From Brevibacterium luteolum (GTDB taxonomy: Bacteria; Actinomycetota; Actinomycetes; Actinomycetales; Brevibacteriaceae), in NCBI RefSeq assembly GCF_013004595.1, contig NZ_JABEMC010000005.1, forward strand, positions 186,001-250,000: a stretch of 64,000 bases of DNA, given 5' to 3'. Below, piece after piece: positions 22,341-32,190 of the stretch. The translations under genes were made by a program, and so were the position numbers. A model generated the notes under the pieces. That model did not search any database. It saw only the letters and a list, made by a program, of their open reading frames with translations, and was not told the DNA's origin. Position 1 is the first letter of the stretch. Each line of letters starts with the position of its first letter.

Positions 22341-23411
22341 ATGGCTATGACCAACAGTGCGAAGGTCCAGACGGGTCTCAAGACTGCTACGAAGTTCGCG
22401 TTCACGAAGGACGGCGAGCTCAAGCCGCATGCGGAGGGAACAGTGCGCAGGCTGCTGGCCGTGCAGCGCCCTGCGGTGCTGGCGTACCTGCGAATGCTGC
22501 GGCGGAAGAACCCCGAGGCCTCGCCTGCGGAGATCGCCGACATCGTCCGCAAGCACTACCTATGGGCAGCCACCGGTGGAGGTGCTGCAGTCGGCGCAAC
22601 TGCCGTGGTGCCCGGGCTCGGGACGCTGGCTGCCGCTGGTGTCGCGGCTGTGGAGACGGCCGGATTCTTAGAAGCTTCAGCACTGTACGCGCAGGCGATC
22701 ACCGAACTGCACGGGCTGCCGGTGCGCGATCCGCAGCGGGCGAACGCGCTGGTGATGGGTCTGATGCTCGGCAACGCAGGCAAGGACCTGGTGAAGAAGT
22801 TCTCCGCCCAGGCTGCCGGTGAGGGTCCGGCACTGACCTCGCATTGGGGCCCGATGGTCGCCAAGCAGATCCCGGCACAGATGATGGACACGCTGACCAA
22901 GCGGATGCGCAAGACGATGATGCGCAAGTACGCTGCGCGCACCGGCGGGTCGATGGTCGGCCGCCTCATGCCTTTCGGCATCGGAGCGGTGATCGGCGGT
23001 GTCGTCAACCATCAGATGGCGCGCACCGTCGTCCGGCATTCGCGCAGCGCTTTCGACCCGTACCCCGGCGCATTCCCCCACGACCTCGACCCGAAGATCA
23101 GCACGCCGAAGGCCGACGCCGACCTCATGGGCGGGCTCAAGCACCTCATCCGGCTGCTGCAGCTGCGCAAATCCAAGGGTCAGGTGATCCCCGGCGAGGT
23201 CATCGACCCGGTGACCGCTGACAGCCAGATCCTCGTCCACGAGAGTGCGGGGGACTTCGACCCCGAGGCGCCGCGTACCTATCAGACCGGCAACAGTGAG
23301 GCTGGCGGCAGAGGCAGCCGGTGGTGGGGACGCAAGACGGGCCAGCCTGCAGACGCTTCCGGGCGCAGGAAGCGCGGGATCAGCCCGTGGAGCGTTGATT
23401 GGCGGCTGTGA
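22341..23411 (+). CDS. Hypothetical protein, EcsC-like
   Basis: GAAVGATAVVPGLG and MPFGIGAVIGG motifs. Confidence 0.75.
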   Translation: MAMTNSAKVQTGLKTATKFAFTKDGELKPHAEGTVRRLLAVQRPAVLAYLRMLRRKNPEASPAEIADIVRKHYLWAATGGGAAVGATAVVPGLGTLAAAGVAAVETAGFLEASALYAQAITELHGLPVRDPQRANALVMGLMLGNAGKDLVKKFSAQAAGEGPALTSHWGPMVAKQIPAQMMDTLTKRMRKTMMRKYAARTGGSMVGRLMPFGIGAVIGGVVNHQMARTVVRHSRSAFDPYPGAFPHDLDPKISTPKADADLMGGLKHLIRLLQLRKSKGQVIPGEVIDPVTADSQILVHESAGDFDPEAPRTYQTGNSEAGGRGSRWWGRKTGQPADASGRRKRGISPWSVDWRL

Positions 23412-23471
23412 AGCCGCAGCTCAGTCTGTCGAGTTGGGCACCGTGGGACCAGCGGTCTACAATCAGTCTGC

Positions 23472-23547
<76 letters not shown>

Positions 23548-23597
23548 GGAGGTCGTTGTTCACACCGGTGGCATTACCGGTTTGAGACCTCGTTACA

Positions 23598-23626
23598 GCG
23601 GCCCGCCCCTCGTGGCGGGCCGCTTT
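23598..23626 (+). terminator. Hairpin terminator after tRNA-Lys
   Basis: GCGGCCCGCC-cctcgt-GGCGGGCCGC-TTT. Confidence 0.65.
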
Positions 23627-23670
23627 CGCGTGAGATTCGGGGTCGGAGAACGCGTTGAACGGTTCTCCCT

Positions 23671-23841
23671 GATGACCGTCTGCGGTGCGCCGCGCTGTGC
23701 TTTGCCCACAGCGTCGAGACCACGGGAGTATCACTGTGCCTATACGACATGACGTCCTCGTATTTCGCAACCGAACACGAAGACGAGCTGCGACGAGGCG
23801 GCTGGGCCCAGGAGCATCGTGGATCGCCGCGAGTTCGGTGA
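23671..23841 (+). pseudogene. IS1634-family transposase remnant
   Basis: Translates as CFAHSVETTGVSLCLYDMTSSYFATEHEDELRRGGWAQEHR, matching the recalled IS1634 block LYDVTTLYFE..EDELRKVGYSKE; no start codon, early stop. Confidence 0.7.
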
Positions 23842-23972
23842 AGGGTTCGCAGCGATACGTCGGCCATCATTGCCCCATCATGAGGCGGAGCAGGCCGGAG
23901 GCGCGCCTCCGCTTGGCGCGGCAGGTCTGCCGGTAAGCTGAGAGCTCTGTTCTGCCAGTCTCACGCGCAAGG

Positions 23973-25130
23973 ATGGTGTCGATGCCTTCCCCTCGGCCTC
24001 TGAAGACCCGCCGGGCTGCCGGGGACCGGAGGCGGCACCGGCTGTGGTGGACCGCGGCTGCGATCATCGTCTTCGCCGTCATCGGGGCGTTCGTCGACTC
24101 CGATGACGGCGAGCAGTCAGGCAGCGCGGTGCCGGAGGCCGGACCGTCATCGAACGCCGGGGTTCCGACGAGCGAGCCGACAGCCGCGGCTGGCACCGAT
24201 GCGAGTCCCACCTCGCCGCCTACCAGCACCGAAACGGCCTCGCCGGGCAGCGCTCTGGCGATGCTCGCCGAGCTGGAGGTCAAAGGCCGCGCACCGAAGA
24301 CCGGGTACGACCGCGAGTTCTTCGGGTGGCGCGACGACACCGACCGCAACGGCTGCGACACGCGTAATGACGTGCTGCGCCGAGACCTGCGCGACATCAC
24401 CCTGCAGCACAGCGGTTGCGTCGTCCTCGGTGGAGAGCTCACCTCGAAGTTCTCAGGCGAGACGTTCGACTTCATCCGCGGCGACGGCAATAACATCGAC
24501 ATCGACCACCTCGTGGCCCTGTCGAACGCCTGGCAGACCGGAGCGCAGTCCTTCGATGCGGCAACGGCAGTGGAGTTCGGCAACGATCCGCTGAATCTGC
24601 TGGCCGTCGAGTCACGGCTCAACGCCCAGAAGGGCGATGGTGACGCCGCCACGTGGCTGCCGCCGCGGAAATCCTATCGCTGCGAATACGTCTCGCGGCA
24701 GATCGCAGTCAAACGCAAGTACGAGCTGTGGGTGGTTCCTGCGGAGAAAGAGGCGATGATTCGGGTGCTGTCCGCCTGCGATGACGAACCGGCCTTCACC
24801 TCCGATGCCAGCTGGCCGAGCACCTCAGGCGGGGACATCGCCTCCTATGCCGATGCACCGACGAAGAACGGGTCGAGCGGTTCAGGTTCGGGCCGATCGA
24901 GCTCAGGCGGTTCCGGACCGGGCGGTTCGGGTTCCGGCGCCTCCTCGAACGGGTCCGGTGCGAAGTCAGATTCCAGGGGCTCGGGTGGCTTTGGACCAGG
25001 GTCGGGCACCGGCGGTGCCTATCAGAACTGTGCCGAAGCGCGTGACCGGGGCGGAGCGCCGGTGCACGTCGGGGAGCCGGGCTACGGCTCGCATCTCGAC
25101 CGCGACGGTGACGGCATCGGCTGCGAATGA
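23973..25130 (+). CDS. Membrane-anchored DUF1524 (HNH-type) nuclease with C-terminal Excalibur Ca-binding domain
   Basis: TM helix; GCDTRNDVLRRDL, DIDHLVAL, NLLAV, KGDGDAATWLP; Gly/Ser linker; YQNC...LDRDGDGIGCE. Confidence 0.9.
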   Translation: MVSMPSPRPLKTRRAAGDRRRHRLWWTAAAIIVFAVIGAFVDSDDGEQSGSAVPEAGPSSNAGVPTSEPTAAAGTDASPTSPPTSTETASPGSALAMLAELEVKGRAPKTGYDREFFGWRDDTDRNGCDTRNDVLRRDLRDITLQHSGCVVLGGELTSKFSGETFDFIRGDGNNIDIDHLVALSNAWQTGAQSFDAATAVEFGNDPLNLLAVESRLNAQKGDGDAATWLPPRKSYRCEYVSRQIAVKRKYELWVVPAEKEAMIRVLSACDDEPAFTSDASWPSTSGGDIASYADAPTKNGSSGSGSGRSSSGGSGPGGSGSGASSNGSGAKSDSRGSGGFGPGSGTGGAYQNCAEARDRGGAPVHVGEPGYGSHLDRDGDGIGCE

Positions 25131-25497
25131 ACCGGTCGCACCGGGGCACTGCCGCTCCGCCTGCGTGCGCACTGAGCCCCGGGCCGATATCGAATCAGAC
25201 GTTCCACAGCCCACGGGCGCTCGGTCTCCTGCGGGCGTCGGCGCGGCTCATCATGATCGTCCGGGCCGCCGCCTGGGCAGCCCTGGTGGAGAGCCCGATG
25301 AGCACGAGCAGCGAGGCCCCCGGCGCCCAACTCCGACCTACGGTCGCAGCCGAACCCGGCGGCCAGCAGCAGTCCGAGCCAGCGGCAGCCCGCTGGCCCG
25401 AGTGCCATCGCAACCAGCGAAGGCCACCCCGGCGGACGCCCCGAGCCGGCCGGTAGCCTCGGCCGGGGCGGGTTCGGTCTATGGCGGCTCAGTGCCG

Positions 25498-25899
25498 TCA
25501 CCGGCGGGAGCCGATGATGCTCAGCAGCCCGCCGATGATGGCGGCGTTCTTGGAGAACTGCAGCTGCTGGCCGGCACGCTTGTCCGGTTCGGTCTCGTTC
25601 CAGAAGTCATGCCCGGCGATCGTAGTCGGCACAAGGGAGGCCAGCAGCACAGCTGCTGAGGCCTTCGGCAGCACACCGAGGCCGAGTGCGGTTCCGGCAG
25701 CTGCCTGAACGATGCCGTTGAGGCGGACGACGAGTTCGTCGTTCTCGGGGATCGCTGGAACGTATTCGCGGAGAGTGCCGATAGTGGCGGCGGCCTTGTC
25801 GGGTCGGCCGGCAGGGTTCTTGGCGGCGTTGATGCCACCGGTAATGAAGATCGGGGCCAGGGCCAGACGGCCGCCTATGCGGACGAGAGTGGAGAGCAT
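25498..25899 (-). CDS. DoxX family membrane protein
   Basis: LVPTTIAGHDFW and FSKNAAIIGGLL motifs. Confidence 0.9.
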   Translation of the reverse strand: MLSTLVRIGGRLALAPIFITGGINAAKNPAGRPDKAAATIGTLREYVPAIPENDELVVRLNGIVQAAAGTALGLGVLPKASAAVLLASLVPTTIAGHDFWNETEPDKRAGQQLQFSKNAAIIGGLLSIIGSRR

Positions 25900-25969
25900 T
25901 CTTCCTCGATTCGCTCAGCTGTCGTTTCGTGGATGCAGACTGCGCTCTTCACTCTACGCCTTCGCACTG

Positions 25970-26410
25970 TCACCGAGATGCGCGTGTGCCGTCGTGGCCG
26001 AACATCGACAGGGTCTCCGCCAGGCCGCCGGCGAGGCGGAGGGCATGGCGCTGACCTCCGTCCGCGACGGTGTGGGCGAACGTGCCGTCGGTGAAAACAG
26101 CAGCAGCATAGTCGTCGACCGCATACCCGAAGGTGCACTCGCCGCCGGAGATCCATGCGCACAGCAGGCCCCGACAGTCGGGCTCACGGGTCCGGACCGA
26201 ACAGGGAGAGCACCGAGGGGCGGGCCCGGGCGCTGAAGGCGGCTTCGAACCGCTCGGCGGACAAGGCGGCATCACCGCTGGCGGTCGGATGCAACACCCC
26301 CGCAGCTGCAGTGAGCCGGTGAGCGCCAGCAGGCAGTCGCCGATGACTGGTGCTCCGTCTTCGGTCAACGAGAAGCCGCCTCCGTCGAGAGTGACGCCTG
26401 TGCCTTTCAT
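25970..26410 (-). pseudogene. Peptidase E (S51) pseudogene, frameshifted and internally deleted
   Basis: VTLDGGGFS..., PTASGDA...ERFEAAF...SVLSLF (second frame) and GYAVDD...AVF blocks; no intact catalytic G-x-SAG. Confidence 0.7.
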
Positions 26411-26487
26411 AGGCTCTCCCGTCCGATGACCACCGGTCGGCTCGATCGGACTCTGGAAGTTCGCGTGATCTGAGATACTCTGCTGTC

Positions 26488-27120
26488 ATGACCGGCCGCG
26501 GAAGTCCCTGGGAGCAGTTCGCGCATGACCCGCGCCGCAATCCCGATCTGCGGGCTTCGACTGCCGACCGCTCGACGGTCTGCGACTTCCTCGCCGAGGC
26601 CTACGCGGATGGCCGCCTCGACCGCGAGGAGTTCGAGGAGCGCACCGATGCCGCCAACGCGGCCAAGACCCTCGGGCAGCTGCCGCCGCTGCTGTCCGAT
26701 CTCGCCCCAGATGTCGACCCGCAGAAGTCGGGGCTGGCCGAGCTCGATGAGGGCATTCCACTCACCCGCGAGGAGATCGACGCGGCAGCACTCGAGCACT
26801 ACCGGTCGCAGCGGCGCAAGGCGCTCCTGGGGATCGTCGCAGGCCCGGTCGGCATCTGCGTGGCGATCTGGGCTTTCACCTCGATCGTCTCCGGAACGGT
26901 CATCTGGTTCTGGCCGCTGTTCGTCATCCTCGGCACCGGTCTGGGCTCATTCGGCGTCCTCGCCCGTCGTGACGAGATCATCGACGCCAAACGCGTCAAG
27001 CTCACCGAGCAGGCCCGCCGGCAACTCGAAGGCGCCGGCCGGGCACCGCAGCCCGAGCTCCGGGAATCCGATCCTGAGGAGGACGCGGACCCCGATCACC
27101 GCACCGGCTCAGACCGCTGA
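26488..27120 (+). CDS. DUF1707 domain membrane protein
   Basis: LRASTADR...LAEAYADGRLDREEFEER...L..L.SDL plus two TM helices. Confidence 0.88.
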   Translation: MTGRGSPWEQFAHDPRRNPDLRASTADRSTVCDFLAEAYADGRLDREEFEERTDAANAAKTLGQLPPLLSDLAPDVDPQKSGLAELDEGIPLTREEIDAAALEHYRSQRRKALLGIVAGPVGICVAIWAFTSIVSGTVIWFWPLFVILGTGLGSFGVLARRDEIIDAKRVKLTEQARRQLEGAGRAPQPELRESDPEEDADPDHRTGSDR

Positions 27121-27143
27121 GCCAGCGCGGCGGGAACTGCGGA

Positions 27144-27584
27144 TCAGTCCTCGGAGTCGGTAAGCCCGAGCCGGGTGAGGAACTGCTCGAAGGTGCCCGC
27201 ACCCAGACCGGGGACTGCGGTATAGGCAGCCTCGAGCTCCTCACGGGAGTGGGCGGCCGCATCAGCTGCGGTCGATACGCGCGGGTCGAGGTTGGCGAAC
27301 GTCATCGCGACGTCCATGAGCGCTTCGCTCTTGAGCCGGCCGGCCATCTGGTCCTCGCCCATCACCTCGCGCACGGGCGCCTCACCGAGGTTGATGAGCG
27401 CCTGCAGGTCATCGCCGACGTTCGGGTAGGTCTCGTGGAACGTCTCCAGCCGGTGCACGACATCTGTATCGGCATCCGATGCGCGGTCGGCAGGTGTCGT
27501 GGCGAAGACCGCTTCGAGCAGGGCGAAACCGATCCCCTCCCCTGAACTGCGGTCTGTGGTGCTGTGCTGCGATTCCGTGGCCAT
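27144..27584 (-). CDS. Hypothetical protein with C-terminal helix-hairpin-helix-like motif
   Basis: TAVPGLGAGTFEQFL; host-like codon usage. Confidence 0.65.
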   Translation of the reverse strand: MATESQHSTTDRSSGEGIGFALLEAVFATTPADRASDADTDVVHRLETFHETYPNVGDDLQALINLGEAPVREVMGEDQMAGRLKSEALMDVAMTFANLDPRVSTAADAAAHSREELEAAYTAVPGLGAGTFEQFLTRLGLTDSED

Positions 27585-28037
27585 GGGACCCCCTGGGTCA
27601 GATGACGTCGCTGTCAGCACCATCGTAACCCGGCTCCTCCGCGCGGCACGGGGTTTCGCAGAATCGCTGCGTCTGCAGGTTCTTCAGCTCCGCGTGCGCG
27701 GCGATGACGATACGCGGCCGGCCTGCTGTCGTGGGGTGTAGTCGACGACAGCGGCATAACGGTGCTCAGCGTCCTTCGAGAGCGCCTCGGCCTTTGGCCG
27801 TGCGGTCGGAGTTGAGGGCTGACACCCGCCTCTTGGAGTGCCGGGAGCTGCAGCGGGTGCGCCACCGGTCGTTGCGACCGATCCGGGGGCGAGCGTCGTG
27901 CCGTCTGGCTTGCTGGCGGGGCCGAAAGCGCGTGGGACCCGGTATCCGCTCATCGGGGCCTTACCGTTGCCGGCGATGCCGTGCAGCAGGCCAGCGGAGG
28001 CCACACCGGTGATAACGGTCCCAGGTGCGGGCGAAGT

Positions 28038-28313
28038 TCACCCCCGCAAGGCTGCGATGAGGTCGTCTTTGTTCATCTTCGAGCGGCCGGCGATATCGAG
28101 TTCGGCGGCGCGCTTGCGCAGCTGCTCGACGGTCCAGTCCTCGTAGGAGTCGGCATGACCGCCGCGTTCGCCCACGTCAGAGCGGGAATCCTGCGCGGCG
28201 GCGTTGGCGATGCGCGCGGACTTCTCCTTGCTGTTGCCCTCACGGCGCAGCGCTTCATACATCTCGTCGTCTTTGACCGATGGTCCTGGAGTCTTGCGAT
28301 CCGGTGCAGCCAT
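28038..28313 (-). CDS. Small protein with Rho termination factor N-terminal-like domain
   Basis: YEALRREGNSKEKSARIAN and YEDWTVEQLRKRAAELDIAGRSKMNKDDLIAAL. Confidence 0.88.
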   Translation of the reverse strand: MAAPDRKTPGPSVKDDEMYEALRREGNSKEKSARIANAAAQDSRSDVGERGGHADSYEDWTVEQLRKRAAELDIAGRSKMNKDDLIAALRG

Positions 28314-28360
28314 GCCCTCAGTCTACGTCATGGGGCGACAGACAGCCGGGTCAGCGTCGA

Positions 28361-28645
28361 TCAGGCGCAGGCGCGGGCCGGCTGGCCGGCGGCGGCAAAC
28401 CGGCGAGCTTCGACCACATCGGTGGGAACGATGCGCTCGCCGATGCTGACATACGGCGGGATGGTGGCAGCGGGGTCGGCGGCCGCAAGCTTGCGGCGCA
28501 CGGAGAAGCGCAGGCACACGGCATCGAGCGTCAAGCCCTCGACGACCTTGTGGGCGATGTCGATGCCGGTGATATTGTCATCGGCCAGCCACTGCTGTCC
28601 GGTGGTCTCGATCCAGGTGCGAAGAGTCGAAATCGTTGCATCCAT
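28361..28645 (-). pseudogene. Short ORF resembling the N-terminal pro-region of trypsin-like protease/endonuclease fusion proteins; probably truncated
   Basis: WLADDNITGIDIAHKVVEG...LRFSVRRK...IVPTDVVE; GGGAG RBS. Confidence 0.45.
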
Positions 28646-28867
28646 ACTCCCGAGAGTGACAGATCGACATGGCCTGTCGGTGACGCTGACGTAAACAGGG
28701 ACACATGAGCCCAGGCGGTCGCAGCCCTCACATTCAGCTGCGAACCGGCTGCGGAGGGTGTGCGTTCGCCTCCGCCCGGGACCGCACACCGGAATACCGC
28801 ACTTCACACCAGAGCACCGCACCTCATCGCACCCCGCACCAGACATTGCAGCACAGCAGCTGAGACA

Positions 28868-29470
28868 TCAGTCAGTGTGGCAGCGCATCAGTGCGGCTTC
28901 AGCGGCTGCACCGTCGCCGTCTGCAAGCGCGGCCAGCAGCTCCCGGTGAGTGGCCAGCGTCGCCTGCCGCTGGGCGCGGTCGGCTCCGGCCCGGGCGCCG
29001 ATGCGCTGCTGGACCGGATGGTCCCACACGCTGGTGAGCACTGAGCGCAGATAGGAGTTCGCGCACGCGTCGACGAGCTCGATGTGGAAGCGGCGGGAGA
29101 GTTCGAAGAACTCCGCCGGGTCGTCAAGGGCGAGTTCGGCCTGGTCGAGCCGGTGGGACAGCTCCAGCCGCGCCCGAGGTGTGAGCTGGCCGGTCAGCGA
29201 GCGCAGGGCGAGCGCCTCGAGGCTGAAGCGCACCTGCTGGACATCGGCGACGGTGGTGTCGTCCAGTGGGCAGACTTCGAAGCCGCGGCCGCTGCGCTGG
29301 CTCACCACCCCGGCGGCAGCCAGCTGCACGAGCGCCTCGCGGGCAGGGGTGCGCGAGACGCCGAAGCGCTCAGCGATGTGCTCCTGGCGCAGCACCGTGC
29401 CCGGGGCCAGCTCACCGCTGGCCACCGCGGCAGTGATTTTGCCTTTGACCTCAGCGGTCAGGTTGGCCAT
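28868..29470 (-). CDS. GntR (FCD/VanR-like) transcriptional regulator
   Basis: GELAPG...ERFGVSRTPAREAL, FHIEL, H-x-ELL. Confidence 0.92.
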   Translation of the reverse strand: MANLTAEVKGKITAAVASGELAPGTVLRQEHIAERFGVSRTPAREALVQLAAAGVVSQRSGRGFEVCPLDDTTVADVQQVRFSLEALALRSLTGQLTPRARLELSHRLDQAELALDDPAEFFELSRRFHIELVDACANSYLRSVLTSVWDHPVQQRIGARAGADRAQRQATLATHRELLAALADGDGAAAEAALMRCHTD

Positions 29471-29540
29471 CGGCGCCTCCTCTCCTGCGGTGTCTGCGCT
29501 GTCGTCGTTCCCATGCCCTTGCGTTCAGCTGTCCCGGCGC

Positions 29541-30494
29541 TCAGATGTCGAGGACGAGTCGGTCGCCGGTGCAGCGGGAGACGCAGATCATCATGGTATC
29601 TCCGGCCTGCCGCTCAGCCTCGGACAGCAGGGAGTCGCGGTGATCGATTGCTCCTGCGAGCACATCGGTCTCACATGATCCGCAGATGCCCTCCCGGCAG
29701 GAGTTGAACGGCCGGTAGCCGGCCCCTTCGAGAGCTTCGAGCACACTGCAGCCCACCGGGACTCTCACCTCGGCTCCGGTGTTCGTCTCGACGAGGAACT
29801 CCCGGTCATCGGCCATGACGGTGACACCCTCGCCGGTCTCGTTGACGAACCGCTCGGTGTGCAGCCGGTCAGCGAAGCCCTCCTGTTCGGCGATGATGGC
29901 CAGCCCGTCGAGCAGCGCATCGGGCCCGCAGGCGTAGACGCGCGCGCCGGCGGGCAGTCCGGCAAGATCAGCGGCGATGTCTCGCCGGCCGGCGATCGCG
30001 GATTCGTGGACGGTGACGTCGTCGCAGAGCTCTTCGACGATGTCGACGAACGGCAGCCGGCCCCGGCTGCGGCCCAGGTAGTACACGCGTGCCGGCTTCT
30101 TGCGCCACCACGCCTGCCGCAGCATCGGCAGCAGCGGGGTGATGCCGATGCCGCCGGCGATGAAGACGTAGGCGTCAGCGTCGTCGAAGGCGAACCGGTT
30201 GATCGGCACAGTCGCCCGCAGCACCGCGCCGGGGGCGAGCTGATCGTGTACGAAGTCCGAGCCGCCTCGGGAGCGGGGCTCGCGGCGCACCGCGATCTGC
30301 CAGGTGCGCGGGACGCGCGGGTCCGAGCACAGCGAGTACTGGCGCACCAGCCCTGCAGCCAGTTCGATGTCGATGTGGGAGCCGGGACTCCAGGTGGGCA
30401 GCGGGCCGCCGTCGGCGCGTTCGAGTTGGACGGCCATGACGTCCTCGCACACCGCCTGGGTGCCGATGACCTTCATGTCGATGAGTTCGGGCAT
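29541..30494 (-). CDS. PDR/VanB-type oxygenase reductase (FMN, NAD, 2Fe-2S)
   Basis: RQYSL, GGIGITP, YACGP, CREGICGSCE...CVSR. Confidence 0.93.
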   Translation of the reverse strand: MPELIDMKVIGTQAVCEDVMAVQLERADGGPLPTWSPGSHIDIELAAGLVRQYSLCSDPRVPRTWQIAVRREPRSRGGSDFVHDQLAPGAVLRATVPINRFAFDDADAYVFIAGGIGITPLLPMLRQAWWRKKPARVYYLGRSRGRLPFVDIVEELCDDVTVHESAIAGRRDIAADLAGLPAGARVYACGPDALLDGLAIIAEQEGFADRLHTERFVNETGEGVTVMADDREFLVETNTGAEVRVPVGCSVLEALEGAGYRPFNSCREGICGSCETDVLAGAIDHRDSLLSEAERQAGDTMMICVSRCTGDRLVLDI

Positions 30495-30518
30495 GATTCC
30501 TCCTTCTGCACTGGCCGT

Positions 30519-30998
30519 TCAGGGCACCCAGCGCAGCGGGCCGCCGTCGGCCGCGGCGATCTCGATCGCCTCGACGCGGGTGCGGGCATCAGCGGCGGAG
30601 ATGCGCAGGGTCTCGGTCTCCTCCCCTTCGGCGATGTAGACGTCGCCGGGGGTGATGTCGCGGGCCCATGGGCCGCCGGCGATGCTGATCTGGCAGGCGC
30701 CGGCGACTGGGACGATGACGAACTGGCGGCCTGCGGCGCGGTCCAGGTCCTTCTCACCAGGGCCTTCGACGGTGGTGCGGGTGATGGTCACCTGGGCAGG
30801 GTCGTGGTCGATGTCCACGCCGGCGTGGGGTTCGGCCCCGGTCAGCCGGATCGTCCACTTCCAGCGGTCTCCGCGCTCCGGGGAGTCCGGGCACGAGGCG
30901 AGCACCCGCCCGTTGCCGGCCCGGGCGGTGTAGTCGGCGCCGATGGTGGCGGCCTCACCGGAGGCGTCGAGGGCGCTGCCGCGCGAAAGCATCCACAT
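30519..30998 (-). CDS. Hypothetical beta-rich (cupin-like?) protein within the oxygenase operon
   Basis: Lies between oxygenase and reductase with 3-bp and 24-bp gaps; GGAGG RBS. Confidence 0.7.
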   Translation of the reverse strand: MWMLSRGSALDASGEAATIGADYTARAGNGRVLASCPDSPERGDRWKWTIRLTGAEPHAGVDIDHDPAQVTITRTTVEGPGEKDLDRAAGRQFVIVPVAGACQISIAGGPWARDITPGDVYIAEGEETETLRISAADARTRVEAIEIAAADGGPLRWVP

Positions 30999-31001
30999 CG
31001 C

Positions 31002-32126
31002 TCACACCTCCTGACCAGCCGGCTGGGCGGCGCTGTTTACGGGGTCGGTGTTCGCGGTGCTGGCGGTCCCGCCCGAGGCGGCGACGGCGTTCTTCTCAGA
31101 CGCCTCGCGCTTCGCATCCGCCTCACGCTGCTCAGCGCGGATGAGGGCGTTCATGATGCGGCGCGCCTTGGCGACCCCGCCGTCCTGGGCGATGAGCACG
31201 TCGAACTCATCAGCCGGGCGGGTCTTGAGCCCGCGCTCCTGGTTCTCAAGCGCCCACGCGTCCTCCTTGAGGACGGTGGCCAGGCCGACTTCGAGGTCCT
31301 TGGTCGCCTGCTCGTCATCGACGGCGAAGTTGCGGGCGAAGCAGTAGTAGTACCAGCAGTGGTCGGCGTCGATCGGGGTGATCGCGTTGGTGACCTTGAT
31401 GAGGTAGCCGTCTTCGCGCGGCTGACCCTCGGCGGTGATGCCCGAGTGCAGGGTGTGGTGGTTGGGCACATGGAATTCGGTGCAGTGGAACCGGTCGTAG
31501 GGCCCGGAGATGCCCATCGTGTCCTTGTACAGCGGCGGGGCCTCGACGCTGGGCATGAATCGGTCGACGCTGACGGTGTTGCCCTCGACTTCGACGGTGA
31601 CGCCGTATTCGTAGATGTAGTCGTCGCCGACGGTCGTCTGGTGGATCCACGATTCGTGGGTGAGGTCAAGCAGGTTGTCGTGGACGAGTTCCGCCCGGCA
31701 GTTGATGCCCAGGGAGTGGAACACCGGTGCCCATTCAGGGTCGTTGTGCCAGTGGGTGTCGGGAATGTCGCTGATGTCAGCACGTTCCGGATCGCCGGTG
31801 TAGACCCAGATCCAACCGTCCTTCTCGTAGACCGGATAGGTGCCGACGCGAGCCCGGTCGGGCAGCGCGGTCTGACCAGGCACACGCGTGCAGCGGCCGT
31901 CGCGGCCATAGGTGAAGCCGTGATAGGCGCACTCGACCGAGTCGTTGACGACCCGGCCCTCCGAGAGCGGGAAGCCGCGGTGAGCGCAGCGGTCGACGAG
32001 CGCGTGTGCTTCGCCGTCCTGGGTGCGGAAGAGCACGAGCGGCAGCTCGCAGATGGTGCGAGCGGTGGGCTTGTCGGTGACTTCGGAGCTCCAGGCGGCG
32101 ACGTACCAGGTGTTATAGACGTACAC
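31002..32126 (-). CDS. Rieske non-heme iron oxygenase alpha subunit, VanA-like demethylase family
   Basis: WYVAAW, C-A-H...C-A-Y-H Rieske motif, DNLLDLTHESWIH, ED iron ligand; AAAGGAG RBS. Confidence 0.93.
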   Translation of the reverse strand: MYVYNTWYVAAWSSEVTDKPTARTICELPLVLFRTQDGEAHALVDRCAHRGFPLSEGRVVNDSVECAYHGFTYGRDGRCTRVPGQTALPDRARVGTYPVYEKDGWIWVYTGDPERADISDIPDTHWHNDPEWAPVFHSLGINCRAELVHDNLLDLTHESWIHQTTVGDDYIYEYGVTVEVEGNTVSVDRFMPSVEAPPLYKDTMGISGPYDRFHCTEFHVPNHHTLHSGITAEGQPREDGYLIKVTNAITPIDADHCWYYYCFARNFAVDDEQATKDLEVGLATVLKEDAWALENQERGLKTRPADEFDVLIAQDGGVAKARRIMNALIRAEQREADAKREASEKNAVAASGGTASTANTDPVNSAAQPAGQEV

Positions 32127-32180
32127 GACTACTCCTTTGAGCGTGAGTGAGACGGCGGGCCGCGCTGCCCTGCCTATGTT

Positions 32181-32190
32181 TTGTATACAG
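32181..32190. promoter_or_regulatory. GntR-type operator upstream of the Rieske operon
   Basis: Palindrome TTGTATACAG followed by a TGTATTCA variant, about 55 bp upstream of the start. Confidence 0.6.

Noticed and set aside
25082..25501. ORF coupled to the DoxX gene
   Set aside because: Hydrophobic fragments in two frames hint at a decayed membrane-protein gene, but no family is recognisable.
31002..32126. Gene symbols vanA/vanB
   Set aside because: The family is clear, but the substrate cannot be assigned from sequence by eye.
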